From IMG/VR virus record IMGVR_UViG_3300042923_000379, positions 1 to 53,273 of that record: a stretch of 53,273 nt of DNA; one strand, 5' to 3'. The position numbers were made by a program, and so were the translations under genes. Origin of the DNA: a virus (taxonomy: Duplodnaviria; Caudoviricetes). Under the pieces are notes generated by a model. It made no database searches, was not told the origin of the DNA, and saw only the letters and a program-made list of their open reading frames with translations. The stretch's first letter is position 1. Every line of letters begins with the position of its first letter. Of this stretch, positions 1-8,395 are shown piece after piece.

Positions 1-75
1 GTTTGGTAAGAGAGCGAAATTCCTTCCAATAGGGGGGTACTTTACCCATCCAACTTAGTAATTTCCTACCTAAAC

Positions 76-774
76 CTACTCAGAATACCTTTCAAACCAC
101 TTATTAATGTACTTTATCCATTCATCTTTTCTATATTGTCTATCAACATCTATGCTTAATCTATCTATACACTCTTCCTTAGTAGCTTCACAATATATTA
201 ACTCTGCTCCCAGCTCCTCAGCTAATCTTTCTCTCTTATACTTATCTTCATATCCACCTATTATCCAAGCGTTGTTCCATTTACCATACCTTGTCTTTAT
301 GTTATCTATTAGAGTATTATGTATCTGCATTACATTACTTAATAGATTGTCTGGCTTATCATAATGAGGTAGATAACTTACTGCTTCATATAATCTATCT
401 ATATCTATTACTATATCTCCACGCTTCGCTTGATCTCTTACTAATGTTTTCTTTCCTGCAAGTGGTGGACCATATACTATATATACTTTCTTCTTAGGTT
501 TATATCCAAATCTATAATGTTCTTTATCGTGGCAATCCCTACATGTAAGCTTTATATTCTTAGGATTAAGAGATATATTCTTATCTTTAACATTCTCCGG
601 AGTTAATTCTATAGGATCATGATGTGCATGTATCTCTATTGACTTAGGCATATCTTTTCCACATATCTCACATCTACATACACCATTAACACTTCTCTCT
701 ACTATTAACCCTATTCTAAATGTTATCCACTCTTTAGATGCATAGAAGTTCTGTAATATAGCATACTTAGCCAT
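76..774 (-). CDS. HNH endonuclease fused to a C-terminal P-loop domain (packaging-associated)
   Basis: CEIC...HAHH...N...CRDCHDKEH HNH zinc motif, then VYIVYGPPLAGKKT Walker-A-like motif; lies next to the genome end. Confidence 0.85.
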   Translation of the reverse strand: MAKYAILQNFYASKEWITFRIGLIVERSVNGVCRCEICGKDMPKSIEIHAHHDPIELTPENVKDKNISLNPKNIKLTCRDCHDKEHYRFGYKPKKKVYIVYGPPLAGKKTLVRDQAKRGDIVIDIDRLYEAVSYLPHYDKPDNLLSNVMQIHNTLIDNIKTRYGKWNNAWIIGGYEDKYKRERLAEELGAELIYCEATKEECIDRLSIDVDRQYRKDEWIKYINKWFERYSE

Positions 775-776
775 AA

Positions 777-971
777 CTACTTCCTCTCTATTGTATCTAC
801 ATAACTTAGATTGTTTTCTATTATAACAACCTTACAGCCAAACTTATTAGAATACTTTTCCTCTAATTCTTTTATCTTAGCTTCATCACTAGATCCATTT
901 AATAGTTTAAGAATTATAGTTTCTTTATTTACTATCTTAGTTTCTTTAACCTTCTTAACATCTTCAGTCAT
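777..971 (-). CDS. hypothetical protein
   Basis: ORF packed in operon with GGTG RBS. Confidence 0.6.
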   Translation of the reverse strand: MTEDVKKVKETKIVNKETIILKLLNGSSDEAKIKELEEKYSNKFGCKVVIIENNLSYVDTIERK

Positions 972-979
972 TTATACAC

Positions 980-1822
980 CTACCAATTATTATTCTTATC
1001 TACTTCTTTAACATGCTCAAATCTTTCTCTTTCAATCTGTAGTTTCTTATAATCCATTTCTCTTTTATGTTTAAACTCAGGATTCATTTCAAAGAAATTA
1101 GACAACCATTCTAAAGCCTTCATCTTATCAAATAGTTTAATACTAGCACCTTGCCTACTTGATTTAATTTCACTTACAAGAGTACCATCCATATCATTCT
1201 TAAACCTCATAAAGTTATCTTCTCCCATGATTGGTAACCCTTCTTTGCTATATCCTATTATCTGTTCCTCATAACCATAATCTAAGAAATCATTCATATT
1301 AGCAAATGCAATATCAATATATTTTTGGAGTATATCTTCTTTGCCTAATAAAGCTCCAGCTAGTCTACTATCCTTTATCTTTTCTATCTCAGCCTTTATC
1401 TTAGGCTTGCTTAGTAGATTGCATCCATTAACCATTGCTGTCTCATAAGCACAATCATAGGCTTTCTGATAAGCTTTAGTTGCATTAAATGTCTTTGAAT
1501 AATATATACAAAAAAGCCTTTGTTTATCGTTCAAATCAGCTTTCTTAATATTCTCAATTATTTCTTCAACTTTATTTTTAGTTATACCAACTATGGTTCC
1601 ACTTCTCTTTTTGGCAACGTTACTTTTAATTCGTTCCGTATCCTTTTGTTTTGGTAACGCTCCTTTTAATTCATCTTCCCATTTATCTTGATTCTTCCAT
1701 TTCCTAACCTGAGTATCTAATACGCCTAATGTATCTGCTATATCTTTTAATTTAATATCTCCCTTAGCTTTAAGGTACATATCCTTTGCTATGTCTCTAT
1801 TGGGACTTCTACTTCTAGGCAT
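980..1822 (-). CDS. terS: terminase small subunit (N-terminal HTH + Terminase_2-like domain)
   Basis: MPRSRSPNRDIAK...VRKWKNQDKW N-terminus; LNDKQRLFCIYY..FNATKAYQKAY; DKMKALEWL. Confidence 0.85.
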   Translation of the reverse strand: MPRSRSPNRDIAKDMYLKAKGDIKLKDIADTLGVLDTQVRKWKNQDKWEDELKGALPKQKDTERIKSNVAKKRSGTIVGITKNKVEEIIENIKKADLNDKQRLFCIYYSKTFNATKAYQKAYDCAYETAMVNGCNLLSKPKIKAEIEKIKDSRLAGALLGKEDILQKYIDIAFANMNDFLDYGYEEQIIGYSKEGLPIMGEDNFMRFKNDMDGTLVSEIKSSRQGASIKLFDKMKALEWLSNFFEMNPEFKHKREMDYKKLQIERERFEHVKEVDKNNNW

Positions 1823-1859
1823 CTTATCACCCCTATCTTAAGTAAATAAAAAAAAGAAC

Positions 1860-2204
1860 TTATTCTTTCATAAGTTCATCTAATTTATTATTTATATTTT
1901 CTTTTAAATCTAAAGGTACTCTTTCATCCGTTACTATTCCCTTTATTATATCTATTAGTCCATTAAATTGTTTTGTATCTTTTAATGCTACATTTACAGT
2001 AATATCTTTTAATGTTTGTTTTGGTGGAACTTCTGGTGGTTCGTATTGCGCTGGATTAACTTTTATAACCGAACTATAATCTTGTTTTGGAGGTTTGTTT
2101 GGTGGTGTAATATTGCAAACTCTAACGCCTGGTTTATGACTTGCAACACCCACCCAAATTAGACATGCTATTATAGCACCTCCATATATAATTATTTCAT
2201 CCAT
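1860..2204 (-). CDS. hypothetical membrane-anchored, proline-rich protein
   Basis: N-terminal hydrophobic helix and PP repeats; GGAGG RBS. Confidence 0.6.
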   Translation of the reverse strand: MDEIIIYGGAIIACLIWVGVASHKPGVRVCNITPPNKPPKQDYSSVIKVNPAQYEPPEVPPKQTLKDITVNVALKDTKQFNGLIDIIKGIVTDERVPLDLKENINNKLDELMKE

Positions 2205-2443
2205 TACTTATCCTCCAGTGATTCATTTATAAAGTCAACACTATAAACATGGTTGGTATCTCTGCCTAATACAAAGTTATAACCTTTAGATATTTTATTC
2301 CATCTTTCTTCTATGTCATCTTTTGTCTTTCTATTTAACAAACAATTAAGAACATATTCGCCTTTAGTAATTACCCTTAATGGTAATTCTCCACACTTAA
2401 AATGATTAGCATCCAACATAAGCGTTCTTTCATTAAGATGCAT
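2204..2443 (-). CDS. hypothetical protein
   Basis: ORF coupled to the next gene by a 1-nt overlap. Confidence 0.55.
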   Translation of the reverse strand: MHLNERTLMLDANHFKCGELPLRVITKGEYVLNCLLNRKTKDDIEERWNKISKGYNFVLGRDTNHVYSVDFINESLEDK

Positions 2444-2497
2444 TCTACACCAGCTTTAAGTAATTCATCACCAATTTGAGATAGCTTTTCATTAATA

Positions 2498-2776
2498 TCA
2501 CTCATTCCCCTCAACCTTCCCTTTTAAATTATTCATTAATACTTTTATTTCACCTTGTAGCTTTTCAATCTCTTTTATTTTCTTTTGACTTCCCCATAGG
2601 TTTCTTATTCTAGTTTGTTTAACTCTTATTAAAGGATCAGTATAATATGATATATATTCTTCTCCACAAAGAGGACATTCAAAGTATACTGCTCTTATCA
2701 TATTAGGTAATTTCTTTTCTTTAAATCCAGGATGCTCAAAATCTTTATTACATCCCTTATTACATCTTACTACCAT
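2498..2776 (-). CDS. zinc-ribbon protein with C-terminal coiled coil
   Basis: CNKGC...CPLC. Confidence 0.65.
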   Translation of the reverse strand: MVVRCNKGCNKDFEHPGFKEKKLPNMIRAVYFECPLCGEEYISYYTDPLIRVKQTRIRNLWGSQKKIKEIEKLQGEIKVLMNNLKGKVEGNE

Positions 2777-3003
2777 GATTTTAACTCTTTCAAAATTATT
2801 TCAGCTACTTCATCAGGAGTTAAGTAATTGCTTATAGGTACATTTATATTAGCATCTTTTATTTTTTTATAATCGAAATTCATATCTACAGTTTTTACTA
2901 CTGTTGTTTCTAATTCACTTCCTATGTAAAACTCATTATGATTATAAGTAATGCTATTAATCTTAATTCCTTCATATTCCTTATTTTTAAATAAATTAGA
3001 CAT
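2770..3003 (-). CDS. hypothetical protein
   Basis: AAGGAGG RBS upstream. Confidence 0.6.
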   Translation of the reverse strand: MSNLFKNKEYEGIKINSITYNHNEFYIGSELETTVVKTVDMNFDYKKIKDANINVPISNYLTPDEVAEIILKELKSW

Positions 3004-3317
3004 GTTATTCCTCCTTAAATCATAAATAAAAACGAAGGAGAATTTGCAAGTTTTATTAATACTAGAAATTTAAAAAACTTTCCGTTTACATTAACTTTTC
3101 TCCATCTATTCCACTTTTTAAAATATTGAATCATTTTATTCATTTCTCCTATAAATCATATTACTTATTCTTAAATAAATAGCTATTAATATACAGAATA
3201 TAGCATTTAATATAAGCCCCTTAAATTGAAGGTATACTGCAATAATAAAAAATGCTAATGGCAATAATTCATCAAGTTCCTTTGATATCTTCCTCATAAT
3301 AAACCTCCTAAATAAAA

Positions 3318-3340
3318 AAGATGTGATAATATCACATCTT
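3318..3340 (-). terminator. intrinsic terminator
   Basis: AAGATGTGAT-aat-ATCACATCTT hairpin followed by a T run on the minus strand. Confidence 0.6.
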
Positions 3341-3557
3341 AATCTCCTGTAAAGCTCCCAAGTATTACTGATTCTTCATTCAAATCTATCTTTTTTATTT
3401 CAACCTTATCTCTTTTAAATACACTATCGGCTCCTCCTGCATCCTTAGCTAAATTAAAAGCACTTTCTTCATCTTTTGCAACAACAACAAAATCTGCCCA
3501 TTCTCCATCTCCATAACGTACATCATCTGTTCTTGATACCAAATAAACATTCAGCAA
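3339..3557 (-). CDS. hypothetical protein, tandem paralog of 3598..3831
   Basis: LNVYLVSRTD..FVVVAKDEESAFNLAKDAGG..KIDLN; probable TTG start after AAAGGTG. Confidence 0.7.
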   Translation of the reverse strand: MLNVYLVSRTDDVRYGDGEWADFVVVAKDEESAFNLAKDAGGADSVFKRDKVEIKKIDLNEESVILGSFTGD

Positions 3558-3597
3558 AATTAAACCCACCTTTTAACTACTTATTATTTTTTTATTA

Positions 3598-3831
3598 TTA
3601 TAAATCTCTTTCTAATATTATAGATTTTTTATTTAAATCTATTTTTTCTATTCTAACTTGATTTCTTTTAAACATATACTCTTCAGCTCTATTGCCGAAT
3701 TTATCATAAGTCCCTCCAGCCTCTTTAGCTAATTCAAAAGCTTCTTCTTCATCTTCTGCAACTACTGCAAAGCTATCAGGTTCTGTATGATTTACATTGT
3801 CAGTTCTTTCTACTAAATATACATTTAACAT
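3598..3831 (-). CDS. hypothetical protein, tandem paralog of 3339..3557
   Basis: MLNVYLVERTD..FAVVAEDEEEAFELAKEAGG..KIDLN; GGGGAG RBS. Confidence 0.7.
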   Translation of the reverse strand: MLNVYLVERTDNVNHTEPDSFAVVAEDEEEAFELAKEAGGTYDKFGNRAEEYMFKRNQVRIEKIDLNKKSIILERDL

Positions 3832-3859
3832 ATTTAATTGCTCCCCTTTATATTATAAC

Positions 3860-4552
3860 CTAACTAATTAACTTTCTTTCTGGTAAATACATTAATTCTA
3901 TCATTAAATTACATTTACCTTTGCATATTTGATATATATCTTTATAATAAGCGCCCTTTTCGACTTCCTGAGCTATTACATTCTCTATTAGGTTCTCTAG
4001 GTTGAATATTACATCTAAAGTTCTCTGAGTAGCTTTCTCGCGGCTTTTAGAGGGTATTCCAACGCAACCATTAACTAACTTGCTATAAGTCATATAAAGC
4101 TTACCTGCATTCTTACTTCCTTGGGACAGTGCTAAAGGAATCAGCTTATTCATAATTACATCTGTTTCATTTCTTCTAGCTAATTTCCCCTTAATTCTTG
4201 TTTCTTGCCACTCACTAGATATTCTTTCTCTTATAAATGATTCCATGGAGTTAAAAGCTTCTATATAGTCTAATTTCCACTTAAGAGCCTTTTTACCTGT
4301 AAACCCCATAGCTAATAAGCTAAATCCATCTCTAGTAAGAAAATATTCGGTCTGTTTCCTGTTTATAGTGTCTTTATAAGAAGTTTTGATGAAATAAGAT
4401 GCGCTCATTTTTGAGCCAATCTCTAAAGCTAGTTTGTCAATGTCTCTAAGTACATTCTTATGTTCTTTCTCGAATTTGTTAGCTATTATCCTACTGCTAA
4501 CTAATACTCTTTCTTCTTTTGTTGTTAATCCTAAATTAATAAGTTGATTCAT
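3860..4552 (-). CDS. rha: Rha family phage regulatory protein
   Basis: VSSRIIANKFEKEHKNVLRDI...YFLTRDGFSLLAMGFTGKKALKWKLDYIEAFNSME. Confidence 0.92.
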   Translation of the reverse strand: MNQLINLGLTTKEERVLVSSRIIANKFEKEHKNVLRDIDKLALEIGSKMSASYFIKTSYKDTINRKQTEYFLTRDGFSLLAMGFTGKKALKWKLDYIEAFNSMESFIRERISSEWQETRIKGKLARRNETDVIMNKLIPLALSQGSKNAGKLYMTYSKLVNGCVGIPSKSREKATQRTLDVIFNLENLIENVIAQEVEKGAYYKDIYQICKGKCNLMIELMYLPERKLIS

Positions 4553-4630
4553 TTTAACACCTATCCTTTCTTTTATTTATGGATAGGACTTATTGCTGTC
4601 TCACGACATGAGCCTATTCCTCTACAAATT

Positions 4631-4663
4631 AAAAACACCCCAGTACCTAAACCGAGGTGTCTT
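4631..4663 (-). terminator. intrinsic terminator after the tRNA-like cluster
   Basis: minus strand GACACC-tcggtttaggtactg-GGTGTT followed by TTT. Confidence 0.6.
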
Positions 4664-4711
4664 TATTTATAGGGAGGTTTAATCTTTTGTTTGGAGGATT
4701 CCATGTTAAGT

Positions 4712-4755
4712 AGGAGATTTAAGGATTTACACCTTACTAGACTAACTCAATCTCC
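4712..4755 (-). ncRNA. tRNA-like minihelix (acceptor-like stem + T-arm only)
   Basis: GGAGATT-12 nt-TAAGG TGTAAAT CCTTA-AATCTCC: 7-bp stem stacked on a 5-bp stem with a 7-nt T-loop. Confidence 0.6.
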
Positions 4756-4824
4756 ATACACAACTTTGTTTAATGGCACAAAGCCGAAAGCCATTTATAT
4801 TAAATTAAAAGAGGGCTTATTTAA

Positions 4825-4961
4825 TAGAGTAGGTTAGGATTTGCACCTAACAGTTTTACCATGCCTTTACCTATCAAAGAAATTACTCAGGGAGGATTTG
4901 AACCTCCAATGCCTGGTACCTATCTTATTTCGGTTATGTCTACCTATTCCACCACTACTCT
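4825..4961 (-). ncRNA. tRNA-like RNA (Leu-type D-arm) with an expanded middle carrying a second T-arm
   Basis: AGAGTAG/CTACTCT-A acceptor stem, GTGGAATAGGTAGACAT D-arm, TTAGG TGCAAAT CCTAA T-arm, internal GGAGG TTCAAAT CCTCC; no canonical anticodon arm, no encoded CCA. Confidence 0.7.
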
Positions 4962-4965
4962 AATT

Positions 4966-5313
4966 TTAAACTACACACTTATTTTCATTCACTAGCCTTC
5001 TGGGAGTGTCCCAGGTAATTAAACCTGATACCTCTTTATTAATAACTATGTCACCACTTGGCAATGTCTTATAAGCTGTTCTATTCTTTAATATGAATGA
5101 TTTATCACTTATCCATCTGTTAGCTTCATAGTTAGTAGCCTTAACTTCTTCTTTCTTTTGAATTAATGAGATATCATGTTTCTTCTTTAAATGCGAAAAA
5201 TTTCTTTGAATGCACTTTCTTACTGCTTCTTTACTTTTCCCGAGTTTCTTAGCTATCCGCACAGCATCATAGCCTTTCAAGTAAAGTTCTTTTACTAATT
5301 CTTTATCAAGCAA
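4966..5313 (-). CDS. HTH DNA-binding protein
   Basis: VKELYLKGYDAVRIAKKLGKSKEAVRKCI. Confidence 0.75.
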   Translation of the reverse strand: MLDKELVKELYLKGYDAVRIAKKLGKSKEAVRKCIQRNFSHLKKKHDISLIQKKEEVKATNYEANRWISDKSFILKNRTAYKTLPSGDIVINKEVSGLITWDTPRRLVNENKCVV

Positions 5314-5423
5314 CTAATCACCTCATTTTTGAGTATAGTTTACCCAAACCATTTGACTGGACATTTCTATACTTCTATTATAAGATGATTAGTCTATACT
5401 TAACAGGCTTTGAATCGGCTATT

Positions 5424-5642
5424 TCATAGGCTATTCTTATATTTTATTTCATTTTCCAATCTTCTTACGTGCCTTTCCCCTATGCCTATTAATTCTGCCG
5501 TTCTTTCTTGGGTATATCCCTTCACTATTCTTAAATAAGCCACTTTTTCTTTACTAGTATCTAATTTTCCTATATATTCTTTATCTACTTGCTCATTCTT
5601 TATAGATAATTCCAAATCTCTTAGTATCTTTTCTTTATCCAT
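5424..5642 (-). CDS. HTH regulator (possible late-gene activator)
   Basis: GYTQERTAELIGIGERHVRRLE; followed by an intergenic TATAAT at about 5377-5382 on the minus strand. Confidence 0.7.
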   Translation of the reverse strand: MDKEKILRDLELSIKNEQVDKEYIGKLDTSKEKVAYLRIVKGYTQERTAELIGIGERHVRRLENEIKYKNSL

Positions 5643-5657
5643 TCTTTACCTCCTGCA

Positions 5658-5945
5658 TCACTCTTGATTTAAGTCAAAAAACCTTCTATTTGCATTAGCA
5701 CTAATACCGTTAAACCCTTTAAAGAAGTAATTATCTTTCTTCCAACTAATTTGAGATATATCAGACATACATACAACAAATTCTTCCTTAAAATCACCCT
5801 CAAATACCCTTGTCATATCTTTAGTCTTAAATATCAATGCAAAATCTCCATCACTTAAATCTATTAACATATTAATCATTTTCTTCATTCGTTCTTTCTT
5901 AAGCTTGTCTAAATGTTCTTTAGGAAATTCTATTATATTGTCCAT
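5658..5945 (-). CDS. hypothetical protein
   Basis: ORF in operon. Confidence 0.55.
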   Translation of the reverse strand: MDNIIEFPKEHLDKLKKERMKKMINMLIDLSDGDFALIFKTKDMTRVFEGDFKEEFVVCMSDISQISWKKDNYFFKGFNGISANANRRFFDLNQE

Positions 5946-6308
5946 TTATTCAACATCTATAGCTTCATATTCAGCTTGTAAATTATAAAATTCATCAAGC
6001 ATCGTTTCAGCATTATTGCCCATTCTTATTTCTTTTATTAATTCATCAGAAAATCCTGCTTTTTTTAGATTTAAAATCATTTCTTCTAAATCATCTTCAA
6101 TACTGGTTTCTAAGAAAGCTTTTTGCATATTACTAAATTCTATCTTGGTTCCAACAGGCATAAATGAACTCAATAGATTAATAAGTAGTGTTTTGCTTTC
6201 CTCGTCTATAACTGGTAATTCTTTGTCGGTAGCAAGATTTATAAGTTCTTCATCATGTAGTTTAAATTCTCCTCTTATATTTACATCCATTCCAAATTTA
6301 ATAATCAT
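5946..6308 (-). CDS. hypothetical protein
   Basis: GGAGG RBS; operon context. Confidence 0.6.
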   Translation of the reverse strand: MIIKFGMDVNIRGEFKLHDEELINLATDKELPVIDEESKTLLINLLSSFMPVGTKIEFSNMQKAFLETSIEDDLEEMILNLKKAGFSDELIKEIRMGNNAETMLDEFYNLQAEYEAIDVE

Positions 6309-6319
6309 AATTAATCCTC

Positions 6320-6556
6320 CTAATCTCTATCTCTTAATTCCCAATGCTTACATACATAATTTCTATCCATTAGTAAATTACCCCTTGTAGGTAACCAATT
6401 AACCTCATTCTCGCACTCCATTTCATATTCTGGCATAACCATCTTTGAACCTGTCATATTAAAAGAGAATGAGCCATTTGAGATTGTATTTGATTCAATT
6501 GTTGGTTGATTTAATTCACCTACTGTCGAGTATCTGCAATTATCACAACATTTCAT
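6320..6556 (-). CDS. Cys-rich hypothetical protein
   Basis: CCDNC...C...CKHW; GGGTG RBS. Confidence 0.6.
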   Translation of the reverse strand: MKCCDNCRYSTVGELNQPTIESNTISNGSFSFNMTGSKMVMPEYEMECENEVNWLPTRGNLLMDRNYVCKHWELRDRD

Positions 6557-6949
6557 ATTATCACCCTATCCTATAAGCTACTAAAGTTAACATAGCCATT
6601 AATATGGTTGCTACTAAATACTTTATATCCCTACTCTTTGTATCAGCTAAAGATAGTAGAGCATAGAATATTGTTATTATTAAAAATACTACTTTCAATC
6701 TAATATCCTCACTTCCTATTCAAATTTAACTCCATAGATATCTAATCCTTCATGGTAAATAATATCTGTCAATTCATAAGTATTGTTTTCTTCATCAAGG
6801 GCAACAATATAATAGTCACCAGTTCCATGTTTTTCTTTTATTTCTTGAAGTTTTTTTATAAGTAAATCAACTTTCATTATTAATTCCTCCTATATACCTA
6901 CAGGAGTTTTAATGTCCTGTAGGTTGATTTTTTTGTATTGCTAACTTAA

Positions 6950-7114
6950 TTAAATATAAGTTGATATAAACTGCTCCAGTTTTATATCAAAAGATTTAAA
7001 CTGTCCTACCACCATATATTTAGTATTATTACGTACCAGTGTTATACTTTCAACACCTTCAAGCACTTTAATATTTCCATTTTCATCATAGTATTTAAGT
7101 TTCATATAAATCAT
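6950..7114 (-). CDS. hypothetical protein
   Basis: AAGGGG RBS before ATG at 7114. Confidence 0.55.
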   Translation of the reverse strand: MIYMKLKYYDENGNIKVLEGVESITLVRNNTKYMVVGQFKSFDIKLEQFISTYI

Positions 7115-7163
7115 ATAAACGTCCCCTTTATTCATAATAATTTCATTAGTTCAAGTTATCATA

Positions 7164-7403
7164 TTATTCTTTCATAATCTTTAAAGCTATTTCTAAACCA
7201 TCTAATACCCCTCGGTTATATGAGGTCTTTTGTATTCCTAACTCAAATTTTTTTTGCTCTATAAATCCTTCAAGCCTTACTAAATTATCAGTTTTTCTAT
7301 ATTCACATGTAACCAAATCTTTTAATCCTTGATTGGTTTTTCTAGCTTTACACCATCCGTTATTGTTATAAACGCATCCATTACATATTTTATCTTTACC
7401 CAT
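7164..7403 (-). CDS. Cys-rich hypothetical protein
   Basis: CNGC..WC..C; AAGGAG RBS. Confidence 0.6.
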   Translation of the reverse strand: MGKDKICNGCVYNNNGWCKARKTNQGLKDLVTCEYRKTDNLVRLEGFIEQKKFELGIQKTSYNRGVLDGLEIALKIMKE

Positions 7404-7423
7404 ATAAACAAAACTCCTTTACA

Positions 7424-7609
7424 TCAATTTTCTTTTAAAAACATTTCTAAATCTCTACACATATTCCTAATTTCTTCTTTATTGCCCTCAATAGAAAAAT
7501 CCGTATCTCTTATTAACCCATCTAATTTCTTTGCTATTTCACTTCCAAAGTTTAATTTTTCTTTTATTCTTCTTGCTTCAAAAACTAATCTCATTTCTAC
7601 TAAATTCAT
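7424..7609 (-). CDS. hypothetical protein
   Basis: GGAGG RBS. Confidence 0.55.
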   Translation of the reverse strand: MNLVEMRLVFEARRIKEKLNFGSEIAKKLDGLIRDTDFSIEGNKEEIRNMCRDLEMFLKEN

Positions 7610-7620
7610 GCTATTCCTCC

Positions 7621-8046
7621 TTAAAATGGAATTTCACCATCGTCCACTGGACACATATCTTCATCATCAAAATTCATTCTATCCCCAAATGTATCCTGTT
7701 GTGGTTGTGAGAATGAAGCATCAGCTTGTTTACCTTTGCTTAGAAAACTAACTTCATTGGCTACTACTTCAGTTACATATCTCTTAGTGCCGTCTTTAGC
7801 ATCATAAGTTCTTGTTTGTATTCTTCCACTGATAGCCATTAAACTACCTTTACTCATGTAATTAGCCGTAGATTCAGCTTGTTTACCCCAAATTGTTACT
7901 GATATAAAATCAGCTTCTCTTTGTTTGGTAACTGAATTATATTTATCTACTGCTAGAGTTATTGTTGTTACTGCTGTTCCATTACCTGGAGTAAGTTTAA
8001 GTTCTGGATCTTTTGTTAATCTTCCAATAAGTACCACTTTATTCAT
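7621..8046 (-). CDS. ssb: single-stranded DNA-binding protein
   Basis: MNKVVLIGRLTKDPELK...GRIQTRTY...DDGEIPF acidic tail. Confidence 0.97.
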   Translation of the reverse strand: MNKVVLIGRLTKDPELKLTPGNGTAVTTITLAVDKYNSVTKQREADFISVTIWGKQAESTANYMSKGSLMAISGRIQTRTYDAKDGTKRYVTEVVANEVSFLSKGKQADASFSQPQQDTFGDRMNFDDEDMCPVDDGEIPF

Positions 8047-8066
8047 ATTTTTATCCTTCTTTCTTT

Positions 8067-8306
8067 TTATAATTTATTGAATATTAGTTTTGAATAAACA
8101 TTTGCTACGAATATTATTAGAGCATTAAGAGCTATGAATACTATCAAACCATTTTTATTTATTGATTGATTTATTGTAAAAATTAATGCATTTTCTCCAG
8201 TTGTTGTTTGTCCACCTATAAAGAAAATCATAATTACCATTCCTAACATAGAAGTTCCTGCTATATAGATTTCAAATACCTCTCTTAATACCTTTTTAAA
8301 CTTCAT
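8067..8306 (-). CDS. small membrane protein (2 TM helices)
   Basis: two hydrophobic segments. Confidence 0.55.
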   Translation of the reverse strand: MKFKKVLREVFEIYIAGTSMLGMVIMIFFIGGQTTTGENALIFTINQSINKNGLIVFIALNALIIFVANVYSKLIFNKL

Positions 8307-8395
8307 TTCTTTTCATCCCTCCCTGCTGCTATACATAAACACCAAAATGATAAAACTATTAGTATATAAACAATTCCACCTATTACCCATCCCAT

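Noticed and set aside
4825-4961. Functional tRNA-Leu or tmRNA
   Set aside because: No 5-bp/7-nt anticodon arm; lacks the alanine-type acceptor stem, tag ORF and length of tmRNA.
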